Below, piece after piece: positions 20,686 to 30,997 of a stretch of 64,000 nt of DNA. Source of the DNA: an uncultured Nitrospiraceae bacterium (lineage in GTDB: Bacteria > Nitrospirota > Nitrospiria > Nitrospirales > Nitrospiraceae); assembly GCA_963846575.1 (NCBI GenBank), contig CAWJWJ010000002.1:896001-960000 (forward strand). Reading direction: 5' to 3'. Made by a program: the position numbers and the translations under genes. Under the pieces are notes generated by a model. That model did not search any database. It saw nothing but the letters and a program-made list of their open reading frames with translations, and was not told the origin of the DNA. How positions within the stretch are numbered: the stretch's first letter is position 1; each line of letters opens with the position of its first letter.

Positions 20686-23085
20686 ATGACTTCTTCAACG
20701 ACTCAGACTCTCTCAGACGCTGCACAACGGAACATCGTCGGCCTCCTTGCCAAGGAACTGGGCGTCACTCCCCCGCAGGTCGCGGCGGCGGTGACCCTTC
20801 TGGACGGCGGAGCCACGGTCCCCTTCATCGCCCGGTATCGCAAAGAGGTCACGAACAACCTTGACGATACCCACCTGCGCACGTTGGAAGAGCGTTTGCT
20901 GTATTTGCGCGAGTTGGAGGAGCGGCGTATTGCGATTCTGACGTCGATTGACGAGCAGGGGAAGCTGACGGATGAGCTGCGCCGCGCCATCGAACAGGCG
21001 GCCACCAAACAAACGCTGGAAGACGTCTACCTGCCCTACAAACCCAAGCGCCGGACACGCGCACAGATTGCCCGCGAGGCGGGATTGGAGCCGTTGGCCG
21101 AGGCGCTCTTCGCCGATCCCACGCTCGATCCCGAGCTGGAGGCCGCGAAGTACGTGAAGGTGGTGCCGGCGGCTGAGGGTGTCGAGGCCATCAACGTTCC
21201 CGATGCGAAGGCCGCCCTGGAAGGAGCCCGGGATATTCTGGTCGAGCGATTCGCCGAAACCGCGGAGCTGCTCGCGACGCTCCGGGCCAAACTCTGGAAC
21301 GAAGGCATCGTCAGCTCGGCGGTGATGCCCGGCAAGGAGACGGCTGAAGAAGAGAAGTTCCGTGATTATTATGCCTATTCCGAAACGATTCGCACCATTC
21401 CATCACATCGCGCGCTCGCCCTGTTTCGCGGCCGTACGCTGGGAGTTCTCAAAATCGATCTCGGCCTGGGCGAGGGTCTCGAAACTCTCGTTCCCCATCC
21501 CTGCGCCGCCATCATCGCAGCACATTTCAGGATTGAAAACCGCGGACGCCGTGCGGACAAATGGCTGACGGACCTGTGTTACTGGACCTGGCGGGTGAAG
21601 ATGCATCTGCATCTCAGCACTGAGTTGCTGTTGCAAGTCCGTGAGGCGGCCGAAGCCGAGGCCATCAAAATTTTCGGGCGCAACCTGCACGAACTGCTGC
21701 TGGCTGCCCCCGCCGGCCCGAAAGCCGTGCTCGGCCTGGACCCCGGCCTCCGCACCGGCTGCAAAGTGGCGGTCGTGGATCCCACGGGGAAATTGCTGGA
21801 AACCGCGACGATCTACCCGCATCAACCGCGGAATGATTGGCAGGGGGCGTTGGCGACGATTGCCCAACTGATCATCCGTCATGGCGTCCAACTGATTTCG
21901 ATCGGCAACGGCACGGCGAGCCGTGAGACCGATAAACTTGCCATCGAGGTCATCAAGCTGGTGGCTGAGCAGAAACCGGAGCAAAAAGTGGCCAAGATCG
22001 TGGTGAGCGAGGCCGGTGCGTCGGTGTATTCGGCCTCGGCCTTTGCCGCGGCGGAGTTTCCGTCCTTGGACGTCAGTCTGCGGGGCGCGGTGTCGATTGC
22101 CCGGCGGTTGCAGGACCCGCTGGCGGAGCTGGTGAAGATCGACCCCAAATCCATCGGCGTCGGTCAATACCAGCACGATGTGAATCAGCGTGCCCTGGCG
22201 CGATCGCTCGATGCCACCGTCGAAGACTGCGTCAATGCCGTGGGCGTCGACGTCAATACGGCGTCACCCCCGCTGCTGGCTCGCGTGTCGGGCCTGAATC
22301 GCGTCCTGGCTCAAAATATTGTGGACTATCGCGATACGCACGGTCCATTTCCGAATCGTGTCATGATCCGCAAGGTGCCGAGGCTGGGCGACAAAACATT
22401 CGAGCAGGCGGCCGGCTTTCTGAGGATCAACGACGGCGACAATCCGTTGGATCGCTCCGCCGTCCATCCGGAGGCTTATCCGGTGGTAGAACGGATCCTG
22501 ACGCATCTCGAGAAGGGGATCGGCGAAGTGATGGGCCGTCCGGCGGTGTTGAGGGGACTCTCGCCCGCCGATTTCACCAACGAGACATTCGGGCTGCCGA
22601 CGATCCAAGACATATTGACGGAGCTGGAGAAGCCGGGGCGCGATCCGCGGCCTGAATTCAAGACGGCCACCTTCCGGGAGGGGGTCGAGTCGCTGGCCGA
22701 CCTACAGCCCGGCATGTTGCTGGAAGGGGTGGTCACCAACGTCGCGGCCTTCGGGGCGTTCATCGACATCGGGGTGCATCAGGATGGTCTGGTGCACGTG
22801 TCTGCTCTGTCACACACCTTCGTCAAGGACCCTCACGATGTGGTGAAGGCCGGCCAGATTGTGAAGGTCAAGGTGCTGGCAGTCGATGCGCCTCGCCAAC
22901 GGATTTCTCTGACCATGCGGCTCGATGACACCCCCGCCGCCGCCTCGCCTTCCGAACTACGCCCGGGAGCGCCACGTGAGGCGCGCGATCGACGTCCGTC
23001 GAACCAACAGCCGGCGCCTGTCCGGCAGCCTCAGCCAACCGGCGCATTTGCCATGGCGATGGCCAAGGCCAAGTTGAAGAAATAA
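20686..23085 (+). CDS. tex: Tex family RNA-binding transcription accessory protein
   Basis: [35 protein letters not shown]-terminal S1 domain. Confidence 0.95.
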   Translation: MTSSTTQTLSDAAQRNIVGLLAKELGVTPPQVAAAVTLLDGGATVPFIARYRKEVTNNLDDTHLRTLEERLLYLRELEERRIAILTSIDEQGKLTDELRRAIEQAATKQTLEDVYLPYKPKRRTRAQIAREAGLEPLAEALFADPTLDPELEAAKYVKVVPAAEGVEAINVPDAKAALEGARDILVERFAETAELLATLRAKLWNEGIVSSAVMPGKETAEEEKFRDYYAYSETIRTIPSHRALALFRGRTLGVLKIDLGLGEGLETLVPHPCAAIIAAHFRIENRGRRADKWLTDLCYWTWRVKMHLHLSTELLLQVREAAEAEAIKIFGRNLHELLLAAPAGPKAVLGLDPGLRTGCKVAVVDPTGKLLETATIYPHQPRNDWQGALATIAQLIIRHGVQLISIGNGTASRETDKLAIEVIKLVAEQKPEQKVAKIVVSEAGASVYSASAFAAAEFPSLDVSLRGAVSIARRLQDPLAELVKIDPKSIGVGQYQHDVNQRALARSLDATVEDCVNAVGVDVNTASPPLLARVSGLNRVLAQNIVDYRDTHGPFPNRVMIRKVPRLGDKTFEQAAGFLRINDGDNPLDRSAVHPEAYPVVERILTHLEKGIGEVMGRPAVLRGLSPADFTNETFGLPTIQDILTELEKPGRDPRPEFKTATFREGVESLADLQPGMLLEGVVTNVAAFGAFIDIGVHQDGLVHVSALSHTFVKDPHDVVKAGQIVKVKVLAVDAPRQRISLTMRLDDTPAAASPSELRPGAPREARDRRPSNQQPAPVRQPQPTGAFAMAMAKAKLKK

Positions 23086-23146
23086 CAGGCCTGTGGTCCA
23101 TGGACCGGCCAGCGTGGCGCCGGCGGCAGGCTGCTGCTGATGATTG

Positions 23147-23755
23147 TTACGGTCTGACTTTAAAAAAGTTTCCACCCTTGAGCCGCTCATCATCGGTGCC
23201 CCAGGCAATCTGTTTGTCCAGGCGCTTGAGAAGCGGGACATGTTTCGAGCAGTGGATGTACGCTTCTTCTACGTCGATGACGACCCAGGCGTCAGCACGG
23301 CGACCACCCCTATTCTGCGCCGCCTCGGTCATGCCCGGGGGAAGATTCGGTAAGGAGGCGGCTTCAGCCGAATCCAGCACGCGCGCCCGTCCGTTGACGT
23401 GCAGGCCGATGGTGGTCTGATAGTAGTCGAGAAAGATCAGGCCGACGTGCGGATTCTCCAGGATATTGCCGATACTGGCCAGCACGCCGTTGCCCCGGTA
23501 TTCCGGATAGGCGAGGGTCTTCTCGTCAAGCACCTGGACGAATCCCGGAGCTCCGGCACGAAAGGAACAGTCACACTCACCGTTTGCGTCGGCCGTGGCG
23601 ATGAAGGCCATTTCCATTCGCGCGATGAACTCCTGCATGGGCTGATTCAAATGGTTCAAGAGCTGATTTGCATAAAAGGCTTCCGCACGACTGGACGTGC
23701 CGAAACGCTCCTGTGCCCGACGTTCGCCCGTGGATCCCGGCCAAGTCATTGCCAA
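23147..23755 (-). CDS. Pyridoxamine 5'-phosphate oxidase-like FMN-binding protein
   Basis: CDCSFRAG.PGFV, PEYRGNG, EEAYIHCSK. Confidence 0.82.
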   Translation of the reverse strand: MAMTWPGSTGERRAQERFGTSSRAEAFYANQLLNHLNQPMQEFIARMEMAFIATADANGECDCSFRAGAPGFVQVLDEKTLAYPEYRGNGVLASIGNILENPHVGLIFLDYYQTTIGLHVNGRARVLDSAEAASLPNLPPGMTEAAQNRGGRRADAWVVIDVEEAYIHCSKHVPLLKRLDKQIAWGTDDERLKGGNFFKVRP

Positions 23756-23980
23756 TGCTCCTTTTCCATGCTCGCGTGTCTCCCGATCACCCAGTGATTG
23801 TCGCGCACCAAGGGGCTGGCTGTCGATGCCTGCATTGTGGCGTCGGCGAGCGGTATGTCCTTCCAGTTTCGATCAGGTGTGAACCGCGGCGGTAAAGGCC
23901 GGTGATGGGGGGGCGGGTGGTGAGGGGAGATCTCTCCGTGCAGAGAGCTTTGGGCGAAGCTCTCTGCACCAATCGAACGC

Positions 23981-24580
23981 CTACTTCATCTTGTTGGGAT
24001 CCTGATAGATCATCAGGTGGGCGTAGGGGCTGCCGTCGAACATGACGTAGGCGCCGGAGGGATTCGGGGACGTGGGCAGTTTGGTTGTCCCTGCATCGAA
24101 CGGCCACATCACCATCCAGTGCGGCGGCTCCTTGACGACCTGGGCTCCGGCTTCCTTCTGCATCACGATTTTCTTGTTCTTCTCGAAATGTGATCCGCCG
24201 CGTGCCATGTAGGCGATGCCCGGTATGGTGTTCGATGGCTTGGGTGCATTGTTCATAATGTCGGTCATCCACTGATGGGCCGCGCCGTCCATACAAATGG
24301 GATCCGGGTCCGGAAGATTCATGACCGTGGGGATACAGGTGAATCCGTTCTCACTTTTCCTGACCTCGGTAAGGGTTCCGTCCGCGCCAAACACCATGAC
24401 TCCGGCCTCCTTGGAGATGTGTTTCGGCGCCGCGCTGAGGGCCAGCGTGGTCTGTTCCTTTTCAGACAGGGCCTTGACGTCTTTAACTGTGGCACCTTTT
24501 TTCTTCGGCGCCGCATGGACATCGGCCGCTAAGCTGAGCGGCAGGACCGCGAGCAGCGAGAGCACGACAGTACGGATCAT
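23981..24580 (-). CDS. Secreted hypothetical protein
   Basis: AAGGAGG RBS, signal peptide, ALSAAP...NGFTC...PICMD...PPHWM. Confidence 0.7.
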   Translation of the reverse strand: MIRTVVLSLLAVLPLSLAADVHAAPKKKGATVKDVKALSEKEQTTLALSAAPKHISKEAGVMVFGADGTLTEVRKSENGFTCIPTVMNLPDPDPICMDGAAHQWMTDIMNNAPKPSNTIPGIAYMARGGSHFEKNKKIVMQKEAGAQVVKEPPHWMVMWPFDAGTTKLPTSPNPSGAYVMFDGSPYAHLMIYQDPNKMK

Positions 24581-24691
24581 AATGGCCTCCTTGGTGGGGT
24601 GAATAAATAGATTTGCCCGGGGAATCATGCTAGCGCGTTTCACGGCTGAAAGCTATGGCGTGGGTGCACGGGGAAGGGTAGTCGGCGGACA

Positions 24692-26050
24692 TCAACCGGA
24701 AAGGTTGTAGTTTTTGAGTTTCGTCAGAAGCGTTTTGTAGTCGATCTCTAAGGTATGGGCGGTTTTCGATTTGTTGCCCCCGTGGGCGCTCAAGACCCGT
24801 TGGATGTGTAGCCGTTCGATTTCGTCGAGTGATAGCTGTGACTGATCGACCGGCTGGTTCGTCGACCGTGATGGTGGGAGGACCTGCAGGACTTCCTCGG
24901 CTGTGATCGGTCCTGTACGCGGACTCATCAGCACGATCCGTTCGATGACGTTTCGAAGTTCACGGACATTGCCCGGCCAATGGTATGTCGTCAAATGCTG
25001 CAAGGCTTCTGCGGCGATCGTCCGTGCCGTGGTGCCTGCCACTCGAAGGTTGCCCAGGAGATGATCCGCCAGGGCCGGGATGTCGGCCGGTCGCTCGCGA
25101 AGCGGGGGTACCATCAGGGTGACGGTGTTGATGCGATATAAGAGGTCGTCGCGGAATCGGCCCTGCAATACCAGGTCCTGGATGTCTCGATTGGTGGCGC
25201 AGATGATGCGTACATCGGCACGGAGCGTGCGGGTGCTCCCGACGGGACGATATTCGTTGCGATCGAGAAAACGTAGCAGGCTCACCTGCATCGGGCCCGG
25301 CATTTCGCCGACCTCGTCCAGAAACAGAGAGCCGCCGTCGGCTGCGGCGATCAAACCGGCCTTTGCCGTGGTGGCCCCGGTGAAAGCCCCCTTCTCATAG
25401 CCAAACAACTCGCTCTCCAGGAGCTCGCGGCTCACGGCGCCGCAGTTGACGGCAATGCAGGGCCCCTCGGCCCGATGGCTTCGGGTGTGCAGCAGACGGG
25501 CCACGACTTCTTTCCCCGAGCCGGTTTCTCCTTGAATGAGCACCGGCGCTTGTGAAGGCGCCACTTGAGCGATTTGCCCGTTCAACGACCGCCAGGCCTG
25601 GCTCGTTCCCTCAACGATTCTGTCCTGTTTGTAACCGCCGTGGCGGGCGGCGAGATTTTCACGTCGCAGCCCCCGGAGGGTGCGCAGTTTGGCGAGGGCG
25701 GCCTTCACGGCCTCGCCGTCGAACGGGGTGTCTTTGACGAGGAAGTCCCAGGCCCCGTCTTTGATGGCCGCGACGGCATCCTTCACGTCGCCATGGCCGG
25801 TCAGGACGATCACATCGACATCCGGTTGATGTTCCTTCACCCAACGGAGCACTGTGCGGCCATCGATGCCGGGCATACGAAGATCGGTAATGACGCAATC
25901 GAACGAGGCCGTGCGGAGGCGCTCGATGCCCTGTTGTCCACCGCCCACGCTCTGCACCTCGCACCCCTCTTCGCGGAGCGTCTGCTCCACGATCAGGCGC
26001 ACGAATTCTTCGTCGTCGATGAGCAGAATGTGCATGCCGTGGATCGTCAC
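24692..26050 (-). CDS. Sigma54-dependent response regulator (NtrC family)
   Basis: REC domain, GETGSGKE, GAFTGA, WPGNVREL, Fis-type HTH. Confidence 0.93.
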   Translation of the reverse strand: MTIHGMHILLIDDEEFVRLIVEQTLREEGCEVQSVGGGQQGIERLRTASFDCVITDLRMPGIDGRTVLRWVKEHQPDVDVIVLTGHGDVKDAVAAIKDGAWDFLVKDTPFDGEAVKAALAKLRTLRGLRRENLAARHGGYKQDRIVEGTSQAWRSLNGQIAQVAPSQAPVLIQGETGSGKEVVARLLHTRSHRAEGPCIAVNCGAVSRELLESELFGYEKGAFTGATTAKAGLIAAADGGSLFLDEVGEMPGPMQVSLLRFLDRNEYRPVGSTRTLRADVRIICATNRDIQDLVLQGRFRDDLLYRINTVTLMVPPLRERPADIPALADHLLGNLRVAGTTARTIAAEALQHLTTYHWPGNVRELRNVIERIVLMSPRTGPITAEEVLQVLPPSRSTNQPVDQSQLSLDEIERLHIQRVLSAHGGNKSKTAHTLEIDYKTLLTKLKNYNLSG

Positions 26051-26059
26051 CGGACTGTT

Positions 26060-27634
26060 CTACTCCGTCCTCGATGGACGCCTGATGTTGGTGTCGGCTC
26101 GTTCGGGAAATGCGAGGGAGAACCTGCTTCCTGAGCCCGGCGTGGACTCGGCCCAGGCCCGGCCGTTGTGTTTATCCATGACCAGTTTCACGATGGCCAG
26201 GCCGACGCCCGTGCCCTCGTAATCCTGCGGGCCGTGCAACCGTTCGAAGAGGCCGAAAATTTTGTCATGCTGGGACGCATCGAATCCGATGCCATTGTCC
26301 TGCACCCAGATGATGCGTTCGTCCGCATTCTGGGTCCCGCCGATGGTGATGGCAGGTGTCAGGGTGCGGCGGGAAAATTTCGCGGCATTGTCGACCAGGT
26401 TCGCGAGCGCCTGGCGTACGCTTACCGGTTCGCCATAGAGGTCGGCAAACGGCAGTTCGACGTGCACCTTCGGCTTCGGCCCCTGGATGCCGCTGAACCG
26501 GTCGGTGATGAGGGTCGTGATCATCTCCAGGACGTTGAAACGCTGGCGCGGCAGGTCCTGTTGCTCCAACCGCGAATATTTCAACAGCGCGTCGATCATG
26601 TGCGTGAGGCGCAGGGCGGAGTTCCGGATCACGTCGATCTGATGACGCACCTGCGGATCGTCTGCATCGGAAAATCGCTTCTCCAGCAGGGAAGAAAACC
26701 CTTCGATTTCCCGCAGGGGGCCCTTGAGATCATGAGCCACTGAATAGGTGAAGGCTTCGAGCTCCTTCGTCTTACGCGCAGTGGCGGCAGTCTGTTCGCG
26801 GAGGCTGGTCACCATGGTCGAGAGCGAGGCGGCCAGCGTGCCGACCTCGTCGCGGCTCGGCCAGCTTTCGAACTGAGCCGTGAGGTCATGGTGGGCAACC
26901 CGGTCGGCGGTAACCGACAGGCGCTGGAGCGGCCGGGCGATCTGCCGATTGACCAGGATGTAGATCGTGGTGATGACGAGTCCGAGCACGGCCACCAGGC
27001 CAAGAGCGATCAGTCGAGCCTCCCGCAGCAGCAAATCGCCTTCCACCTTCATTTCCACATCGATATCGCGATGGGCTGCCACCAACTGATCCAGGCTATT
27101 CATTAAATCCACGATGAGTGCGTCGGCTTTCAAAAGGGGCGTCATGGCAGCCGCATTCGTCCGAGGAGCAGGCGTGAGCACGGTTTTCCATAAGCCCGCG
27201 AGCTCTTGCAGGGTCACATCGATCTGCGCGAGGGCGCGATCCTCCTGGCCGACGAGATCGTCCCGTTGATGTTCCGTCAGCATGCCGAACAGGACGGGAT
27301 GGGTCCGCGCCGCATGGGTGGATCGATACAGATCCAGTGCGCTACGTATCTGGTCGGCATGCCGGTTCAGTTCCGAGAGCGTGTTGGTGGCATTGCGTGT
27401 GCCAGCCTGTTCCATAAAAAGATGCAGGGCCAGATTCATTTCATAGGTGGAACGTTGCATGGTGGCCGCCGTGACGATGGCCGGAACGGTGATGCGTTTG
27501 TGGCGGTCGACGTAACTGTTGATGCGGCTGAGGTACAAGATCAGGGCCGTCAAACTCAGCGCCAGAAGGCTGAGAATGATTCCGAAGGAGACGAAGAATT
27601 TCTGTCCGATGGAGCGGTCGTGCAGCCAGCGCAT
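26060..27634 (-). CDS. Membrane sensor histidine kinase (periplasmic domain, HAMP, HisKA, HATPase)
   Basis: Two TM segments, SVAHDLKGPL, NLVDNAAKF, DNGIG, GTGVGL. Confidence 0.93.
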   Translation of the reverse strand: MRWLHDRSIGQKFFVSFGIILSLLALSLTALILYLSRINSYVDRHKRITVPAIVTAATMQRSTYEMNLALHLFMEQAGTRNATNTLSELNRHADQIRSALDLYRSTHAARTHPVLFGMLTEHQRDDLVGQEDRALAQIDVTLQELAGLWKTVLTPAPRTNAAAMTPLLKADALIVDLMNSLDQLVAAHRDIDVEMKVEGDLLLREARLIALGLVAVLGLVITTIYILVNRQIARPLQRLSVTADRVAHHDLTAQFESWPSRDEVGTLAASLSTMVTSLREQTAATARKTKELEAFTYSVAHDLKGPLREIEGFSSLLEKRFSDADDPQVRHQIDVIRNSALRLTHMIDALLKYSRLEQQDLPRQRFNVLEMITTLITDRFSGIQGPKPKVHVELPFADLYGEPVSVRQALANLVDNAAKFSRRTLTPAITIGGTQNADERIIWVQDNGIGFDASQHDKIFGLFERLHGPQDYEGTGVGLAIVKLVMDKHNGRAWAESTPGSGSRFSLAFPERADTNIRRPSRTE

Positions 27635-28015
27635 GCGGGCCTCATGGTGAACCGTGAACGTACCATAGAGACCCGGCGCCTGTCAGTCTGAAGCTGCTGT
27701 CTCACGGCTCTCCTACTCACTGCAGTGTCCACTGCCGGGTGAATGCGGAACTGCAGAAGCTCTGATCCTGATCGGCTGCCGGCGCACAAGGGACGCGAGT
27801 GCCCTGCCTGGGTCACGTGATCGCCCGCCCTCTGCCCGATAGACCCGCCGGGGCCTGGACCGATCGCCGCACTCCGTGCTGAGCGGGAGTCCTTGTGCGT
27901 CGGCAACGGGTCTCCTCTGCCCTGATCAAGGCCTGGCCGGACCGGCATGACGGCCAGCGGCTCGCGATACAGGATCTGCATTTCTTCACGGGTCGTCGTG
28001 AGTGGTTCTCAATAC

Positions 28016-28044
28016 TTGACATAATTTAACATATCGTGATATCC
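28016..28044 (+). promoter_or_regulatory. Putative sigma70 promoter with a small inverted repeat
   Basis: TTGACA at 28016 in an AT-rich patch; ATATC-GT-GATAT at 28031-28042 just before ATG 28056. Confidence 0.35.
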
Positions 28045-28055
28045 ACGGCCTATCC

Positions 28056-29249
28056 ATGAGCGAAAAAAGCAAAGCCGAACCTGCCTCCAATGTCGTCAAT
28101 TCGCTGCGTGCATTACGTATGGCGAAGGGCCTGTCTCAGGGTCAGCTGGCGGACGGGGCTTTGGTCACCCGCCAGGCCGTGTGCGCTATTGAGGCCGATC
28201 AGTATCTGCCCACCACTGCGGTGGCCCTGCGCCTCGCCAGCGTGTTGGGATGTCATGTGGAAGACATCTTCAGCCTCAAGACGACCGGCGAATTGATTGA
28301 GGGCGATTGGGTCTGGCCCGGGATGGCCGTCTCGGCCGTGCAGCCTCGCACGCGCGTCAAGGTGGCCAGGATCGAAGATCGGTTTGTCGTCCGTCCCGTT
28401 GCGGCTTTGGGTGAAATCCTGAACTACACCGTCCCCGCAGACGGCCTCATCATCGGGAAACCAGGCGCTGCCGGGCGCTCAACCAAATCCGGTAGGCGTG
28501 TGCCCGTGCGTCTCTTGCGTGAGCGCCAGCTCGTCGAACGGGAAATCGCAGTCGCCGGTTGCGATCCCGCCATCAATCTGGCCAGCGAATATCTCCATCG
28601 GCATAAGGATACATCGACGGTCGTCGGGTGGTCGATGGGAAGCGCGGCGGCGCTGGATGCGCTCAAGCGTAAGGAAGTGCATATGGCAGGACTGCATATC
28701 CTGGATGAAAAGACGGGGGAATCCAATCTGCCCTATCTCCGGCGTCACCTTCAGGGAGATGACTATATCGTCGTGGCATTTGCCGCCTGGGAAGAGGGTT
28801 TCATTGTACGCGCGGGGAACCCCAAGCGGATCCGCGGCGTCGAGGACCTGGTTCGTCCCACTGTGGTGGTGGTGAATCGTGAAGAGGGTGCCGCAGCCAG
28901 AATGCTTCTCGACCAACGCCTCCTGAGCCTGGGCATCGATGGTGGTGGAGTAAAGGGATACGGGGTGAACGTCAGCTCCCACTTTGAGGTCGCACGGCAC
29001 ATCGCGGAAGGCCAGGCCGATACCGGGATCGGCGTGCGATCCGCCGCGCAGATTTTCGGCCTCGATTTTATCCCGTTGCAGCAGGCACGGTACGATCTGG
29101 TCCTGCCAAAACGCTATCTGGCTACGCATCCAGGCCTGGCGCATCTTCTGGATGCCATTGCCAGCCGGCAGTTTCGAACCGAGGTCGAAGCCTTGGGCGG
29201 ATATGACATGACCGAAACCGGGAAGGTGCGCAGCCTCCGTGCCGGGTAG
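28056..29249 (+). CDS. XRE-HTH regulator fused to a molybdate-binding PBP-like domain
   Basis: N-terminal HTH (LSQGQLA...VTRQAV); AGCDPA, GSAAAL, VNREEGAAAR, LDFIPL, GGYD. Confidence 0.85.
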   Translation: MSEKSKAEPASNVVNSLRALRMAKGLSQGQLADGALVTRQAVCAIEADQYLPTTAVALRLASVLGCHVEDIFSLKTTGELIEGDWVWPGMAVSAVQPRTRVKVARIEDRFVVRPVAALGEILNYTVPADGLIIGKPGAAGRSTKSGRRVPVRLLRERQLVEREIAVAGCDPAINLASEYLHRHKDTSTVVGWSMGSAAALDALKRKEVHMAGLHILDEKTGESNLPYLRRHLQGDDYIVVAFAAWEEGFIVRAGNPKRIRGVEDLVRPTVVVVNREEGAAARMLLDQRLLSLGIDGGGVKGYGVNVSSHFEVARHIAEGQADTGIGVRSAAQIFGLDFIPLQQARYDLVLPKRYLATHPGLAHLLDAIASRQFRTEVEALGGYDMTETGKVRSLRAG

Positions 29250-29318
29250 ACGGCGGGCGGTTCTACGTCCGCGACTGTCTGCCGGATCGAGGGCATCAGC
29301 TGTCGGGGGAGGATATCG

Positions 29319-30158
29319 ATGGAACGGAGTGATCCCGGCAGGAGTCCCGGTCGGATCATGTTGTGGGTTGCAGCCTTCGTGCTAGCCGGACTTGTCTTGA
29401 CGACTGCCGATGCGACAGCCCGAGAAGCGTTCGTCATAGCGGCGTCGCCGAGTCTCAAGGGTGTACTGCAGCGGCTCGCGAACGCGTTTGAGCAAACTCA
29501 TCCTGGCGTGCGGGTGCAACTCTACTTCGGCTCGGGACTGGATCTCCGGCAAACCATTGCCGGCATGGAAAACAGCATGGTGGGCCGGTATTCCCTCGGG
29601 AAAGGTCCGATACACCTCGTCGCGCCCGGAGGCGATGAGATGCTCACCCGATTGGAACAGAAATATTATATCCTGCCGGCCACGACGCACCCCTATGCGG
29701 TGGACCAGCTTGTCTTGGTTGTTCCGGAGTCCCTGGTCGAAGGGCCTGAGTCTCTCGAAGACATGAGCCGCAGGACCACCCGGCTCGCCGTCGCAGATCC
29801 GTCGCAGACCCGACTCGGTACGCAGACTGCCGAAACCCTTCGCTCGCTCGGTCTTCGTGAGTCTTTCAACGGACGGCTGGATGTGGCGACCGATTCTCGC
29901 GGGGTCATCGATCATGTCCTGAGCGGACAGGCGGAGGCGGGAATGATCTTCGGAGACGAGGCGGTGAGACAGCAACAGCGTCTGCGTGTGGTCGCACGTG
30001 TCGAGAAAGGGTACGTGGCGACCGTTCACTCGATGGCCATGGAGCGTTCCTGTCCCAATCGTCCGCTGTGTATGGATTTTCTCTCCTTTCTCCACAGCGC
30101 CGAGGGGCAGGCCGCAGTGCGTCAGGCCGGATATGCCGTACCGGCAGGCAAGCCGTAA
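29319..30158 (+). CDS. ModA-like periplasmic oxyanion-binding protein (atypical)
   Basis: IAASPSL, FGSG, LAVADP, C-terminal FLSFLHSAEGQA; located in the mod locus. Confidence 0.75.
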   Translation: MERSDPGRSPGRIMLWVAAFVLAGLVLTTADATAREAFVIAASPSLKGVLQRLANAFEQTHPGVRVQLYFGSGLDLRQTIAGMENSMVGRYSLGKGPIHLVAPGGDEMLTRLEQKYYILPATTHPYAVDQLVLVVPESLVEGPESLEDMSRRTTRLAVADPSQTRLGTQTAETLRSLGLRESFNGRLDVATDSRGVIDHVLSGQAEAGMIFGDEAVRQQQRLRVVARVEKGYVATVHSMAMERSCPNRPLCMDFLSFLHSAEGQAAVRQAGYAVPAGKP

Positions 30159-30244
30159 GGAACGATTTGTTTATCGCATGATCAAAAATAGAAGAATTGA
30201 TGAGTCGTACCCATGACGGTCGGACCTGCCGTGAAGGAGGGGGT

Positions 30245-30922
30245 ATGAGGAACCGAATGGCCGGAACAGGTTGGCGAAGCGCTGTGCCGCTTGCGCTCGC
30301 TCTCGCATGCGCCACCGGGTTCATGATCACCGGCTGCGCGAGGTTACCCTACACGACGAGGACGGTGCATGAGGATGAGCGGACGGTCGTCAGCGTGCAA
30401 CAGGAGGTTCAGTCGCGTGGGTACACGCATCCGATCCGGGTAACCGCGACAGGTGTCACCGCGATTCTCAGGGGATTTTCCATACGTGAACAACAGCGTT
30501 TGCCCTTGCGGTGGTTTGCCGAAGAGACGCCGCCCAAACCCTTATTCCGGGAGGATGAACTTCAGGCGCTGGTGCCCCCCCTCACTAAAGCCGTTCAGCA
30601 GTTAGGAGCCGATGAACGGGCACATTTCGAGGTCCGTGGGCCTGGCCTCAATCCCGAGTACGGACGCGATACCGTGGCCGGCTGGATCGCTGCGCGGGAC
30701 CCCTACCTGTATTTGACGGTCGAATACTTTCACGTTCAAATTCCGATCCGGAAGTCAGACCAGTACGATTACAACTATCCCCTGCCTCCGCCTACGCCGA
30801 AAAACTACATCCTCTATTTCGAGCCGGGCCGCTTTTGGGTCACCGACGACAAGGGGGGCCGTGCAGTCGAGTTTCGACAATTTCTCAAATCGGGAGAGGC
30901 CGGCGCAGCCGGTGCCCATTAA
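30245..30922 (+). CDS. Hypothetical lipoprotein
   Basis: Lipobox [15 protein letters not shown]. Confidence 0.7.
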   Translation: MRNRMAGTGWRSAVPLALALACATGFMITGCARLPYTTRTVHEDERTVVSVQQEVQSRGYTHPIRVTATGVTAILRGFSIREQQRLPLRWFAEETPPKPLFREDELQALVPPLTKAVQQLGADERAHFEVRGPGLNPEYGRDTVAGWIAARDPYLYLTVEYFHVQIPIRKSDQYDYNYPLPPPTPKNYILYFEPGRFWVTDDKGGRAVEFRQFLKSGEAGAAGAH

Positions 30923-30997
30923 GGTTCTCCTTGCCGGCATCTCTGCCCGGACGTTGATGACCGCAAGGGACTCTTTGCCCATACAGGAGACGGCCCC

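Noticed and set aside
27640..28055. Moco riboswitch or ModE box upstream of the mod locus
   Set aside because: No recognisable consensus by eye
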